A stretch of 64,000 bases of DNA from Patescibacteria group bacterium (GCA_038062955.1 JBBTWE010000001.1:627985-691984), one strand, 5' to 3'. Counted from the stretch's first letter, positions 38,102 through 48,849 are shown. Numbers and translations: made by a program. The notes: generated by a model from the sequence alone, not told the origin.

Positions 38102-40591
38102 TTACCTAACATCAAATTCAATTTCGTCGCTACCTTTATTGTAGACAACGTCGGTGACTGTTACTTTGAGAGTATTTTCTCCTCGGGTCAATCCAACTTC
38201 TTCCGGTACAAAAGAGAAATTTGTGAAAGGAGCTTCTATATTGCCCAAAAAGTTATCATTTACAAAAATTTGAGCGCTTGCGGTTTGGAATCTGCCGTTC
38301 ACTTCAATTTCAACTCTTACAATATCGTTTTCTTGAAATCTTTCGCCTTGATCAGGATTTTTAATCTCTACTCTTGGGAAAAATTCTGGAACGTGAACGT
38401 CGTCATGCCCTGTTGGTAAATTTTGAGGATTTTGCGTTACAATTCCTTGTCGTTTCACCCATTCTTGGACAGGGTAGTCCCATAGAGCAAATTGCGAATC
38501 CGTTTCTGGGTTAGAGGGTGTAGGGCCTCGTGGGTCGCTTTTGGTAACAGAGTAGAGGATGCTCCGCACTTCTCCTGTGACTATTTCTTCTATAGTTTCT
38601 ATCGGAGTGTATTCAGTTGCGAGTTTTCCAGAAATTCTATCAATAAAATAAGAATCTCCACCTTGCCATTTTCCTCGAAGCACAGGTTTTAAATCAAGAG
38701 AAGTTTCTTTCGGAAGTCTCACAAAATTCTCTATAGGCACAGATTTTAGAGCGGTTTGCATAAATTCATTCCAAAATGGAGCGATAATAAAACCCGCAAC
38801 CTTTTTCTCCATAGAAGTATTGTTATTGTTTCCTGCCCATGCACCAACAACGAGGGAAGGAGTGTAGCCAATAATCCAAGCGTCTTTATAATCATTTGTG
38901 GTTCCGGTTTTTACCGCTACATCTCTATTTGGAAAATAAAGGTAAGAACTAGCTCCGAAAGCCGGAGTTCTTGCGGCGTTATCCGACAAAATATCAGATA
39001 TTTTGTCTGCCGTTTCTTCTTGTAAGACTTGGCGAGGTTCACTTTTACTCTCTTCGAGAGTATTTCCATCACGGTCCTCGATTTTCAGAATGGATTCGTA
39101 TGGCACTCTAACTCCAGAATTTGCAAATACACCGTAGGCGCTTGTAATGTCTAAAAGAGAGACCTCACCACCTCCCAGAACCAACGTTAAACCGTAGAAA
39201 TTAGCGCTGGAGAGATTTTGAATGCCCATAGCCTTCGCAAGACCCAAAGTGTTTTCTAATCCAGCCAAATAAAGAGTTTTAACTGACGGCACGTTTATTG
39301 ATTGAGCCAGAGCTTCTCGCATGCTTATCGGCCCCCGAAAGACGTTGTCGTAATTTTGTGGAGCATAACAATCTTTTCCAACTCCTTGCGGGGTGCAGTT
39401 TGCTGTGAACACAGTGGGTAAGTCGAAAAGAACAGTTTCCGGTGTATAGCCGATATTGAAAGCGGCGGCGTAAGCGAAAGGTTTGAAAGCCGAACCTGGT
39501 TGGCGATGAGCTGTCGCCACATTGAAGTTGCCATCTATTTCTTCATCAAAATAATCTCTTGAACCAACCATTGTTAAAATTTGGCCGTTTTTAGGGTCTA
39601 TCGCAACGAGAGCTAAATTTTCCGCGTTAAATTTCTCTTTGTTTATTTCCGCGTGTTTTTTTGCTAGTTCTTCGGCCTTTTTCTGCATTTCGTAATCTAG
39701 TGTGGTAATAACTTTTAATCCACCGGTCTCTAAAACCTGCTGGCCATATTTTTTTTCTAATTGATCTTTAACAAATAAAACAAAATGAGGCGCTTTTATT
39801 CCCTGGTCTTCTCTAGGTTTAAATTCCACGACCTCTTTTGTTGCCACATCATGTTCTTCTTCCGTAATGAAATTATTTCGGAGCATTTCTTGGAGTACCA
39901 AATTCTTTCTTTTTTCCAGCCCCTCTTTATTTTTGTATGGAGAATAGAAACTTGGAGCTTTTGGCAAAGCGGCTAAATAAGCAGACTCGGCAATGCTTAG
40001 GTCTTGAGATTTTTTACCAAAAAAAGCTCGGCTTGCTTCCTCAATGCCATAAATATTTCCGCCGTATGGAATTTCATTCAAATATAGAGAGAAAATCTCG
40101 TCTTTTTCCAAAATACGTTCTATTTTGATAGCCAATATCCACTCTTTTATCTTTCTCGAAATCTTTTTTTCTCCTGTTAAAATCGAGTTTTTAACCACTT
40201 GCTGGGTTATTGTAGAACCGCCCTGATCAAAACGTAGCGCTCCAAGATTTACCAAAACAGCGCGGATAATCGCCGTTGGCTTTATGCCTTTGTGTTGGTA
40301 AAAATCTACATCTTCTATAGCTAGAGTCGCTTTTTTTATGTTTTCTGAAATTTCTTCAAACGGCACAATACTTCTTTTGATACCATTAAAAACATCAAAC
40401 AAGAGAATTTCTCCAGTTTTATCATAAATTTTAGTTGATTCAGTGATTTTTCTTTCCTCAAATGATTCTAGACTGGGAATTTTTAAGGTTGAAAACCAGA
40501 TAGCGGAAAAGCCGGCCATAACAAATAAGGCAACCCCACCCCAAGCCATTATCAGTTTTATTTTTTTCTTTAATTTGCTTTTAAGGATCAT
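38102..40591 (-). CDS. class A penicillin-binding protein (transglycosylase/transpeptidase, PBP1A family)
   Basis: N-terminal TM; GT51 motifs (EDVDFYQHKGI, GGSTITQQ); transpeptidase SAFKPF (SxxK) motif; about 150-aa C-terminal extension. Confidence 0.85.
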   Translation of the reverse strand: MILKSKLKKKIKLIMAWGGVALFVMAGFSAIWFSTLKIPSLESFEERKITESTKIYDKTGEILLFDVFNGIKRSIVPFEEISENIKKATLAIEDVDFYQHKGIKPTAIIRAVLVNLGALRFDQGGSTITQQVVKNSILTGEKKISRKIKEWILAIKIERILEKDEIFSLYLNEIPYGGNIYGIEEASRAFFGKKSQDLSIAESAYLAALPKAPSFYSPYKNKEGLEKRKNLVLQEMLRNNFITEEEHDVATKEVVEFKPREDQGIKAPHFVLFVKDQLEKKYGQQVLETGGLKVITTLDYEMQKKAEELAKKHAEINKEKFNAENLALVAIDPKNGQILTMVGSRDYFDEEIDGNFNVATAHRQPGSAFKPFAYAAAFNIGYTPETVLFDLPTVFTANCTPQGVGKDCYAPQNYDNVFRGPISMREALAQSINVPSVKTLYLAGLENTLGLAKAMGIQNLSSANFYGLTLVLGGGEVSLLDITSAYGVFANSGVRVPYESILKIEDRDGNTLEESKSEPRQVLQEETADKISDILSDNAARTPAFGASSYLYFPNRDVAVKTGTTNDYKDAWIIGYTPSLVVGAWAGNNNNTSMEKKVAGFIIAPFWNEFMQTALKSVPIENFVRLPKETSLDLKPVLRGKWQGGDSYFIDRISGKLATEYTPIETIEEIVTGEVRSILYSVTKSDPRGPTPSNPETDSQFALWDYPVQEWVKRQGIVTQNPQNLPTGHDDVHVPEFFPRVEIKNPDQGERFQENDIVRVEIEVNGRFQTASAQIFVNDNFLGNIEAPFTNFSFVPEEVGLTRGENTLKVTVTDVVYNKGSDEIEFDVR

Positions 40592-40766
40592 AAATAGCGT
40601 TAATAGATACTAGCATAAAGACCCAAAACTAGTCGAAACCTTACAAGCGTCTGGATTCAAAAGGGAAGGTTGTACACATCTCCGTGTTGTGTGGGGTGAG
40701 GTGAAGAATTTTGATCTAAACAATATCGGCCTTTTATGCTAGATTGTAGTTATTAATCACGCTTTT

Positions 40767-42194
40767 GTGTGCATCTCTATGTCTAAAATAACCCCAGAAA
40801 AAGAAATAGAAGAATTTTTCACTCGTTCTGTGGGTAATTTTATTGATCCAGAAAATGGCTTCAAGGAAAAATTACTAAAGAAGATTAAAGGGGATTACAA
40901 AAAAGATATTATTGTTAAGTGGGGAATAGACCCGACACGACCAGATATTCATTTGGGTCACGCCGTGGTTCTTAGAAAACTTCGACAACTTCAAGACTGG
41001 GGATGCAAAATCGTTTTTTTGATAGGAGATTTTACCGCTCAAATTGGTGATCCGACAAATAAAAGCAAGGTTAGGCCGGAAATCGAACAAAAAGAAGTTG
41101 AAAAAAATCTTAAAACCTATTTGGATCAGGTTCAAAAAATTTTACGAACTGAAAAAGCGGTTTTTTCTTGGATAAGAAACTCTGATTGGTTTACTGCGAT
41201 AACCGACTTAAATTTGCCAGACGATTACAAAGTAAACTTGGAGATAAAGGATAAAAATTCGGTCAAGTTGATTAAGATTGCGCCAAATTCTTTCGTGGGT
41301 AAAGCTATCGCTTTTGAGAAGACGCGAATGCAGGTAAAAGACCTTGGTCTTAAAGATAAAGTTTCAATCATCACTCTACGCAGTTTTCTCTGGGCGTTAA
41401 AACACGTTACTTTTTCTCAACTTATTGAGCGGGATATGTTCCAAGAAAGAATAAAAAAAGGAAACGAACTTTTTATGCACGAGATGATTTATCCTGTGCT
41501 CCAAGGTATTGATTCTCAAATTTTGGCTCAAATTTATGGCAGTTGCGATCTTGAAGTCGGCGGAACAGACCAGCTCTTTAATATGCTCATGGGAAGGACG
41601 CTCATGAATGCTCGTTCTTTACCCCCGCAGTCGGTGATAGCTTTTTCTTTGCTTGTCGGAACTGACGGTAAGGAAAAGATGAGTAAGAGCCTGGATAATT
41701 ATATTTCTATAAATGAAATCCCCTCGGAGATATTCGGAAAAGTAATGTCGATTCCTGATTCAGTGATCATCGATTATTTTACACTTGCTACTTACTCGCC
41801 ACTTTCCGACATAAAAGACCTAGAGCTTTCTTTAAAAAAAGAAAAAGTAAACCCACGGGATATTAAACTTAGATTAGCGAGAGAAATCGTGACAATCTAT
41901 CACGGGGAAGCGGCCGGAACTGCCGCAGAAACTGATTTTTTGAATACTTTTCAAAAAGGCCAAATCCCAAAAGATATAAAGACAATTAAAGTTTCAAAAA
42001 ATAGACTATTGTCAGAAATTTTGCTAAGTGAAAATTTTGTTAAATCAAAATCTGATTTTAAAAGGCTTGTTGATGAGGGGGCGGTAAGTGATGCTATTAA
42101 AAAAAATAAAATAACCGACTTAAATTTCGCTGTGTTTGAAGATATAACATTAAGAATCGGCAAAAAAAGGTTCTTAAATATTGTTATCGAATAA
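40767..42194 (+). CDS. tyrS: tyrosine--tRNA ligase
   Basis: Class I HIGH motif in a TyrRS-like context (IDPTRPDIHLGHAVVL...FLIGDFTAQIGDPT); KMSKS motif present; C-terminal S4-like region. Confidence 0.7.
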   Translation: MCISMSKITPEKEIEEFFTRSVGNFIDPENGFKEKLLKKIKGDYKKDIIVKWGIDPTRPDIHLGHAVVLRKLRQLQDWGCKIVFLIGDFTAQIGDPTNKSKVRPEIEQKEVEKNLKTYLDQVQKILRTEKAVFSWIRNSDWFTAITDLNLPDDYKVNLEIKDKNSVKLIKIAPNSFVGKAIAFEKTRMQVKDLGLKDKVSIITLRSFLWALKHVTFSQLIERDMFQERIKKGNELFMHEMIYPVLQGIDSQILAQIYGSCDLEVGGTDQLFNMLMGRTLMNARSLPPQSVIAFSLLVGTDGKEKMSKSLDNYISINEIPSEIFGKVMSIPDSVIIDYFTLATYSPLSDIKDLELSLKKEKVNPRDIKLRLAREIVTIYHGEAAGTAAETDFLNTFQKGQIPKDIKTIKVSKNRLLSEILLSENFVKSKSDFKRLVDEGAVSDAIKKNKITDLNFAVFEDITLRIGKKRFLNIVIE

Positions 42195-42218
42195 TAATCG
42201 ACGCCTCAAATTTAAAAC

Positions 42219-42250
42219 AAAAATTCCCGCGTTTTGCGGGAATTTTTATA
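42219..42250. terminator. Rho-independent terminator hairpin aaaattcccgc-gtttt-gcgggaatttt plus T-run
   Basis: 11-bp perfect stem followed by TTTTTAT; lies between convergent tyrS and tatA. Confidence 0.65.
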
Positions 42251-42253
42251 TTA

Positions 42254-42430
42254 CTACTTCTTTTTAGAGTCGCTACCTGACTTAGGGTCATCAATATCTT
42301 TGAATGCTCCTCTCATGTGTCTTATCGCATCCACTAAACTTTTTGCCAGTTCAGGGATCTTCTTTGCGCCAAAAAGAAGAACGAATATGATAGCGATTAT
42401 TACTAATTCTTTTGTTCCAAGTCCAAACAT
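42254..42430 (-). CDS. tatA: twin-arginine translocase subunit TatA/E
   Basis: Not in the ORF track because it is under 60 aa. Minus-strand translation gives MFGLGTKELVIIAIIFVLLFGAKKIPELAKSLVDAIRHMRGAFKDIDDPKSGSDSKKK, a classic TatA; starts 10 nt after the tatC stop. Confidence 0.8.
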   Translation of the reverse strand: MFGLGTKELVIIAIIFVLLFGAKKIPELAKSLVDAIRHMRGAFKDIDDPKSGSDSKKK

Positions 42431-42439
42431 ATTATTTTT

Positions 42440-43162
42440 TTAAGTTAATTGTTTATGTCCCAGACTGTTATACATGATTGTAATTTCATACATAACAATT
42501 AAAGGTAACACCATTACCAATAATGATATCCCATCAGTTGGTGGAAGTAAAGAAGTTGTAATAAACATAGCGAGAATGACAAAACGCCGTTTTTGTCTTA
42601 GGAAATTTATACTGACAAATCCAGCTTTTATAAGAAGTGTAATTATTATCGGAAACTCAAAAATAAATCCGAGCATGGCAGAAGTTGATATAATTTGAGA
42701 TAAAAACGCGCTTATGTCCCACAGGTTTTTAATTCCCAAACTCATATTGATATTAGCGAGCGTTTGCATCGTAAAATAAAGAATAAAAAAACTATAAGCA
42801 AAACCAAGCAAAAAAAGAAAAAGGCCAATCGGTAGTAAAAAAAAGAAAATCTTCTTCTCTCCTTTTTTTAGTCCTGTACCGATGAAAGCGTAAAAATGAT
42901 ACAGAAAAATTGGAATAGAAAGAATCATTGCAAAAAAGACGCCAGCATTCATTGCTAAATTAACAAGTTGGAATGGGGAAGTGGCCGCAAGCACGACATC
43001 ATTGAAATCAAAAATCCGAGCCGAAAGTTTTATTATTGGCGCTGAAAGGAAAAAACCAATAACAAAAAAAACCACAAAAAAAATAGTCAGAAAATAAATT
43101 CTTTTAAACAAATCCTCAAAGTACGGCGAGTACTCTTTTAGTTTTTTTCGCAATTCGTCCAT
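42440..43162 (-). CDS. tatC: twin-arginine translocase subunit TatC
   Basis: 240 aa with 6 TM helices; N-terminal ELRKKL-type motif; immediately upstream of tatA. Confidence 0.7.
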   Translation of the reverse strand: MDELRKKLKEYSPYFEDLFKRIYFLTIFFVVFFVIGFFLSAPIIKLSARIFDFNDVVLAATSPFQLVNLAMNAGVFFAMILSIPIFLYHFYAFIGTGLKKGEKKIFFFLLPIGLFLFLLGFAYSFFILYFTMQTLANINMSLGIKNLWDISAFLSQIISTSAMLGFIFEFPIIITLLIKAGFVSINFLRQKRRFVILAMFITTSLLPPTDGISLLVMVLPLIVMYEITIMYNSLGHKQLT

Positions 43163-43371
43163 TTTTACAATGAAAGACTAGCACTCTATTCAGACATAAT
43201 AAACACATTGTCGATCTCGGGAGTTTCCAATAGCATAAATTGACTTCCGCCAGACTCAACTAGAAAATCAGTCACTGAACCGGTGTAGGTGGCAGTCGGC
43301 ACTTCCAAAAGAAAATCTTGTATTTCTCCTTCTTGAAAATTTACATCGGTTAAAGCCATAGAAAGTCGATA

Positions 43372-43941
43372 CTAATTAGTTGCTACATCATTTGACGAAC
43401 TTGTTTCAACATCTATGTTAACCTGCGGTGTTGCAGGAAGTTCTTGAGATTCAATGTTTTCTACCGGAGCCACGGGGGCAACATTTATGAGCGTGGGAGT
43501 ATTCGAGGTCGGTCTTATTGGATTATTACCGTGCGGAGTGCGTATGTTTGTCTCATTTGGCGTGGTGGTTGAAACCGGTGCCACACGAATCTCATTTTCC
43601 AAAGGTTTCTGTGGCGGAATTTTCTCCAATGAAAAAGAATCCATTGTTCCGTCATTCATTCGTTTCAGAAGCTCATCGTTCATTCGCACAAAAGCAGCGG
43701 CTCCGTGTTCTGATTCAGGATCAATTTTTAAAATCTCATTGCCTAAATCTTTTGGATCGTTGAATCTGTAGACTAAATTTCCGTATTTTACATATTGAGC
43801 TTGATAAGAACCTGTGGAAATTTTTGGATTGCTGACATCAAAAGATTCAATCAGGGCGGTATCGTCATAATCACCAGTGGGGGATATCACTATCAAATTC
43901 TGATTCTCTTTAATTGTTTGACCTTTTTCTATGTGTATCAT
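43372..43941 (-). CDS. hypothetical protein
   Basis: ORF translationally coupled to the upstream large surface protein gene; Pro/Thr-rich C-terminus. Confidence 0.3.
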   Translation of the reverse strand: MIHIEKGQTIKENQNLIVISPTGDYDDTALIESFDVSNPKISTGSYQAQYVKYGNLVYRFNDPKDLGNEILKIDPESEHGAAAFVRMNDELLKRMNDGTMDSFSLEKIPPQKPLENEIRVAPVSTTTPNETNIRTPHGNNPIRPTSNTPTLINVAPVAPVENIESQELPATPQVNIDVETSSSNDVATN

Positions 43942-43942
43942 C

Positions 43943-46603
43943 TTAATTTTGAGTTAATAATGCTCTTACTTTGATATTATCCGCCAGAGTAGTCGGGGTG
44001 TATCTGATATAAGTTGTTTCGTTGGCCTTATCGGTGGTGTCGTATGAACCCCATGCACTACCATCATTTGTAGATTTTCCAAATGTTCCAGAGGCAGATG
44101 ATGTGGTTGTGTCATCAAGCAATAATCCTCCAGTCGCAGAATTGTAAAGTCTGATTCGAAGAGTTGGCACTGTGCTTCCAAAGGCAGTTGAAAATCTCCA
44201 GGCGAATATTTTACTGCTTATCGAAGATTGCGCTACTGACGGTTGATAGTGACTGTCTGTAGTATTGTCTTCATAAGTGCAACAAATATTAAAAACTCGA
44301 TTTGGGATGCAAAGCGCGCCGATTAATCGAAATTCGATAGCGAACTGTACCTCACTGCTAGCTACTGCCCCAGATAAGTCTCCCGTCTGATCAACTAATG
44401 TCCAAGTGCCAGAATCATCACTGATGCCAGATGTGCGGTAATATACTCTAAGAGGTTCTGTCGGCATAGTTAAACCTCCGTCACCAAGGAAATCAGCGTT
44501 GCTTACATAAACTCTCGCGAGATTGACGGCATTTGTTGTCGCCAAAGAAGGAGTAATAATTCTTTGCTTTACTGTTCCAGTTGCATACTGCCAATCTGCG
44601 CCAAGTGGCACAGCATAAACAATATTTGTGGTGGAAGCGGTTCCTGTTCGAGCTAGATAAACAAGACCTGCTTGTGACCACACAGAAAGAGCCGCTCCTT
44701 GGGGACTGGGGTGGGGAGTTGAATTAGAATCAGCGGAAGACTGATCTTGTTGGGCAGTATCCGCCAGAAACATATGGTCAAATGAGTAAGAACCGGAAGA
44801 ATCGTATTTTGTAATATATGCTCGATGGTGAGCAACGGTAGCACCGGCACCAGTCGTTGTAATAATCAATCGATCAATTTGATCTGCGATTTCCACAGAT
44901 GTCATAAGACTTGAGAGAGTATATGTCGCGGATCCTCCAGTTGGCACTTCTGTCATAGAATCAGCAACCCAAGTTGTGCTTCCTTGAGTGATACCGGAAA
45001 TTGGCGCACGATGAATTCTGGTTGTGGCGGCAAAGTACAAGCATTTTACTCCTGATCCGGAGCCATGGCTTAATGTCCCGATTCTGCCATTGTTTGTCTG
45101 CGTCACTGTTCCTGTGACCGTTTGTGTGCCTGTTGTTAAAATCCAAGCACTGGCAGATTTTCCTGCTCCTAGTCCTCCAAGAGTAGAAAGATCTGTTCTA
45201 AAATTATATTTATAAACTTGGGGTGTCGTACCTGCCTGCAATTCAATAATATAACAGTATTGTTGCGTCCAACTATCCTTGTCATCAACTGTAAGTCCGC
45301 ATGATATTCCGTTTCCACCGACTATCACATAGGCGGTACCAGCCGAAACTGTGGCAGCAGAAGAGATTGTTAAAGAAGTAGCAGAAGCTATGGCAGTAAT
45401 TGTATACCATGTGGTGATAGCAGATGGTGTTGTAGAACCAAATCCAATCATACAACCCAAGTGTGAAGCCGCCGCCCATGTTGTTCCTGAACCCGTAACT
45501 GTTGTAGAGGTTGCTACGGTTACTGTGCCTGTTGCATACAGTGAATCAATATCAACCAAAGAATATACGGCCTTTGTTTTATCAACAGTTGTTGCGGCTG
45601 CAATAGTGGTACCTCCGACAAGAAAATCATCAAAAGAAATGCCACTAACCATAGAGAGTCCTCCTGCGCCAACAACTGCCGAAGTTGTTGCCGTGAGAAC
45701 TCTTAAATCTTCAATTACATAAGTTGCTCCTGAAGAAACTGTGATGTTAGCGGCCGTACCTCCGGTACCGCTCGTGGTGACATTTGTCTGAAGTGTTAAT
45801 GAAGTATCAGAACCAACCGCATTTATGTAATACCATGTATCAATCTGTGTCGGATCAGCACTACCAAAACCAATGCGTGACCCGATAGTAATTCTATCTG
45901 TAGACCATGTTGTAGAAGAACCTGTTACTGTCGCGCCAGAAACCGCCACTGTCCCTGTTGTATATTTTTCATAAGATACTCGCATTCCTCTTATCGTTTG
46001 AGCACCGCCTCCAGCTGGGTACGTTAGAGTGATAAATCCTTGCCACGAGAATAGCGAGGTTGTTCGATCGTATTCAAAACAAGAGATACGGCGAGTTGCT
46101 GCGGCTGTTGCTATATCTGCTAGGAATACCCAATCTTTTTCAACTCTTTTATCAATAACGAAACTAGTTCCGCTTGCAATTGTGCCAGCAGAAGAAGTTA
46201 TAGTTAAAGAAGTGGCCGAAGTAATTGTTGCAATAGTATACCAAGTCGTTATAGAAGCGTTACTCGTAGCTCCAAAACCTATGCGCGCACCAATCGGCAC
46301 ACCGTCTGCGAGCCACCCTGTACTGCTACCTGTAACGGTAGTGCCAGACACCGCCACTGTCCCGGTGGAGTAAAAGCCCTTTTTACTAACCCAAGAAACT
46401 ACGTGTGGAAATACTCCTGGTATGGCAGTACCCGCTTCGTTCGGTCTGGCCACTCCGATTTTTGCAGGCCCAGCAAATTTATCTGTTGCGCCACTTCCAG
46501 TGTACTGGTTCATCAAGTCTCCCAAAACAGTTTTGGTGGAATCGTACACCGTATATGGTGTAGTTGCGCCTGTAAAAATATGTTCAATTGCTCGATTTGC
46601 CAT
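43943..46603 (-). CDS. large Thr/Gly/Ser-rich repetitive surface protein (adhesin or S-layer-like)
   Basis: 886 aa; low-complexity body dominated by T/G/S/A with repeated YATGTVTVA...SGTTVTGSSTGW units. Confidence 0.4.
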   Translation of the reverse strand: MANRAIEHIFTGATTPYTVYDSTKTVLGDLMNQYTGSGATDKFAGPAKIGVARPNEAGTAIPGVFPHVVSWVSKKGFYSTGTVAVSGTTVTGSSTGWLADGVPIGARIGFGATSNASITTWYTIATITSATSLTITSSAGTIASGTSFVIDKRVEKDWVFLADIATAAATRRISCFEYDRTTSLFSWQGFITLTYPAGGGAQTIRGMRVSYEKYTTGTVAVSGATVTGSSTTWSTDRITIGSRIGFGSADPTQIDTWYYINAVGSDTSLTLQTNVTTSGTGGTAANITVSSGATYVIEDLRVLTATTSAVVGAGGLSMVSGISFDDFLVGGTTIAAATTVDKTKAVYSLVDIDSLYATGTVTVATSTTVTGSGTTWAAASHLGCMIGFGSTTPSAITTWYTITAIASATSLTISSAATVSAGTAYVIVGGNGISCGLTVDDKDSWTQQYCYIIELQAGTTPQVYKYNFRTDLSTLGGLGAGKSASAWILTTGTQTVTGTVTQTNNGRIGTLSHGSGSGVKCLYFAATTRIHRAPISGITQGSTTWVADSMTEVPTGGSATYTLSSLMTSVEIADQIDRLIITTTGAGATVAHHRAYITKYDSSGSYSFDHMFLADTAQQDQSSADSNSTPHPSPQGAALSVWSQAGLVYLARTGTASTTNIVYAVPLGADWQYATGTVKQRIITPSLATTNAVNLARVYVSNADFLGDGGLTMPTEPLRVYYRTSGISDDSGTWTLVDQTGDLSGAVASSEVQFAIEFRLIGALCIPNRVFNICCTYEDNTTDSHYQPSVAQSSISSKIFAWRFSTAFGSTVPTLRIRLYNSATGGLLLDDTTTSSASGTFGKSTNDGSAWGSYDTTDKANETTYIRYTPTTLADNIKVRALLTQN

Positions 46604-46615
46604 AATAATAAATAA

Positions 46616-47242
46616 TTAAACTTCTAAATAATCTATGTTGATTTGCACCGTGGTTGTTCCTGATATTACACAATAAAGAACTTCGTTGGTTCCTCCTTCT
46701 ATGTAGTTAGGATGATTGTTGGCTCCATAAAGCCCGCCGGTTTTTGGTGATATATATTTTTCATAATCTGTGCCGCCCGAAGTGAATCTAAAAGATATTG
46801 ACGTGGCGTCGGCCGATAAAGAGAAACGTGATGCGTACACGCGGATTTTCGTGCCCGAAGTTGGAGTACGAACGGTTCCAGAAGCTGAAAGATTTATAGT
46901 GAGTTTAGAAACTCCTTGGCCGGTTAGTAGGGAACTTACGGTTTCGTTTGTTGCTGGATTTATCCTAGTATTGCTTGCATTTTTTACTCCAACCACACTA
47001 GAAGACGGCGTGCTTCCCATTATCAAGGCCTCGGCCTTTTTAGGAATAAGTTGGGAAGCGATCAATCCAGCTCCAGCGACGCTCGCGACTTTCAAAAATG
47101 TTCTTTTCCTATTGTCAGATTCTTTATCTTTGGCGTCTGTCGAGATTTTTTTTACAGCAATCTTAGGAGATAACAAATCTCTTATTTTCTTTTCAGAGAC
47201 TAACTTAAAAGAATGCTTTATTGGAATTTTTTTTAGAATCAT
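46616..47242 (-). CDS. secreted protein with a Tat-like signal (KR variant)
   Basis: N-region followed by NRKRTFLKVASVAGAGLIAS...KKAEA. Resembles the S/T-R-R-x-F-L-K Tat consensus with KR in place of RR, plus an AxA cleavage site. Confidence 0.35.
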   Translation of the reverse strand: MILKKIPIKHSFKLVSEKKIRDLLSPKIAVKKISTDAKDKESDNRKRTFLKVASVAGAGLIASQLIPKKAEALIMGSTPSSSVVGVKNASNTRINPATNETVSSLLTGQGVSKLTINLSASGTVRTPTSGTKIRVYASRFSLSADATSISFRFTSGGTDYEKYISPKTGGLYGANNHPNYIEGGTNEVLYCVISGTTTVQINIDYLEV

Positions 47243-47355
47243 ACTGACTTTATTTGATTACAATTATACTTAATTTGCTGAATTATTGTAATGCTGTACG
47301 TTGATAACAGATAAAAGACGAGATATCATTAGAAACAGTTGAATTGCTAATTTAA

Positions 47356-48849
47356 ATGCACAAGACATTTTGCAAACTCCATAAATTTTTTCGAACACAA
47401 ACATTCTTTTGGATGCTCATGATTCTTTTTGTCGTAAGTTTCGGTGCGATGACGGCTTATGCGGCATATGAAAGATTCGCCACAGGGGATACGGCTACTA
47501 TTGGAGAGTTTGTTTATGAGGATGATTTCACGGCATCCACCGCTGACTGTACTCTTTCTATTTATAATCCAAGTGGAACCGCTGTGGTTACAGACGGAGC
47601 AATGACCGAAGCTGTAAGTGGTTGGCATTATTATAGCTATTCAATACCGTCAATTGGTCCAGAAGGCACATGGCCAGCTTTAATGAGTTGTGGAACGGCT
47701 TTAGCTGGAGATCTCGTAAAAATTGATAAAACATTTTCAGTTGGGGCAACAGTTGTCGCCTCGAGCACAATTGCTTCTGCTGTATGGAACAGTACAACAC
47801 GGACACTTTCGTCCTTTGGTTCTCTTGTGGCAAATATGTGGGATTCTCTCACTTCCGGACTTACAACAGCAGACTCAATTGGTAAGCTTTTGACCGACAA
47901 CATAAATACAACTATTTCATCACGAGCTTCTCTCACAAACCAAACAGCCGAATGGAAACTCACAATGTCTGATTTTAGTTCGGTGCAAGCAGGAGAAACA
48001 TATCGAGCTAAAATTGAAATACAAAATAGTAACAGCGTTCCAACTACTCCGTTTGCGGTTCCAACAGTCACTCTTTACGATTCAGAAAGAAATGTTACGG
48101 TCTCCGCTGTGGCAATGACAGCTCTCGGCACTGGAGTTTATGAATACACATATTCAATTGCGTCCGGTGCCTCGCAGGGGGTTTGGGAAACTATTGTAAG
48201 CACGCAAGTAGAAAGTGGTAAAACTCTCACCAATAACGACTATTGGATTGTTGCCAGTTCTCCTGCACAAGTAATCATAAATGGTGTTACTGGAGATGTG
48301 CCAACGGCAACGGCAGATGTAACTATAACCAATGAAGGCCTCGCTGGGTATGAATATCAATATGAATGGTGTGTTGTCTCCGACACAAACAATGCTTGTG
48401 GAGGTGGAGACGATGTCTATTATGCTACCGGCGCAAAATTCTTAGACCCAGAAGAGAACTGGAATACAAATCTCACAGCAACTGTTGGAACTGCTGGTTC
48501 TTATTATTTTAAACTCGTTGTTTACTTCGGTACTGAAAGTTCCGGTTCATCTCGATTGTTTAGTATTGCAGCAGCTTCTGGGGGCGGAGGAGGTAGTGGT
48601 GGAGGGGGAGGCGGTGGGGGTGGGGGTGGTGGATCTTCTTCATCTGGAAATTCTAGTAGAGGCGTTGGGGCTGATTTTAGTGGAGACAGCATAGTCAATT
48701 CTGTTGATTTTTCGATACTTTTGGCTTATTGGAAAACGACGGCTCCGTTTGCTAATCCGTCAGTGGATATCAATCATGACGGTGTAGTAAATTCTACCGA
48801 CTTCTCGATTCTCTTGTCACAATGGGGCACAGTGGGCCGAGCAATATAA
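47356..48849 (+). CDS. surface protein with a C-terminal dockerin-like domain
   Basis: C-terminal duplicated Ca-binding repeats GDSIVNSVDFSILLAYW and DINHDGVVNSTDFSILLSQWG (dockerin type I pattern), preceded by a poly-Gly linker. Confidence 0.55.
   Translation: MHKTFCKLHKFFRTQTFFWMLMILFVVSFGAMTAYAAYERFATGDTATIGEFVYEDDFTASTADCTLSIYNPSGTAVVTDGAMTEAVSGWHYYSYSIPSIGPEGTWPALMSCGTALAGDLVKIDKTFSVGATVVASSTIASAVWNSTTRTLSSFGSLVANMWDSLTSGLTTADSIGKLLTDNINTTISSRASLTNQTAEWKLTMSDFSSVQAGETYRAKIEIQNSNSVPTTPFAVPTVTLYDSERNVTVSAVAMTALGTGVYEYTYSIASGASQGVWETIVSTQVESGKTLTNNDYWIVASSPAQVIINGVTGDVPTATADVTITNEGLAGYEYQYEWCVVSDTNNACGGGDDVYYATGAKFLDPEENWNTNLTATVGTAGSYYFKLVVYFGTESSGSSRLFSIAAASGGGGGSGGGGGGGGGGGGSSSSGNSSRGVGADFSGDSIVNSVDFSILLAYWKTTAPFANPSVDINHDGVVNSTDFSILLSQWGTVGRAI

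Noticed and set aside
38027-38419. Plus-strand 130-aa ORF overlapping the PBP gene 3' end
   Set aside because: It starts within the terminator region and runs antisense to a strongly supported gene.
40592-40766. T-box leader upstream of tyrS
   Set aside because: Only about 175 nt, and there is no recognisable T-box sequence (AGGGTGGNACCGCG) or specifier-loop architecture.
43175-43349. Possible 57-aa minus-strand small ORF downstream of the 189-aa gene
   Set aside because: No ribosome-binding site, no recognisable features and no conservation evidence; it could be a 3' UTR.
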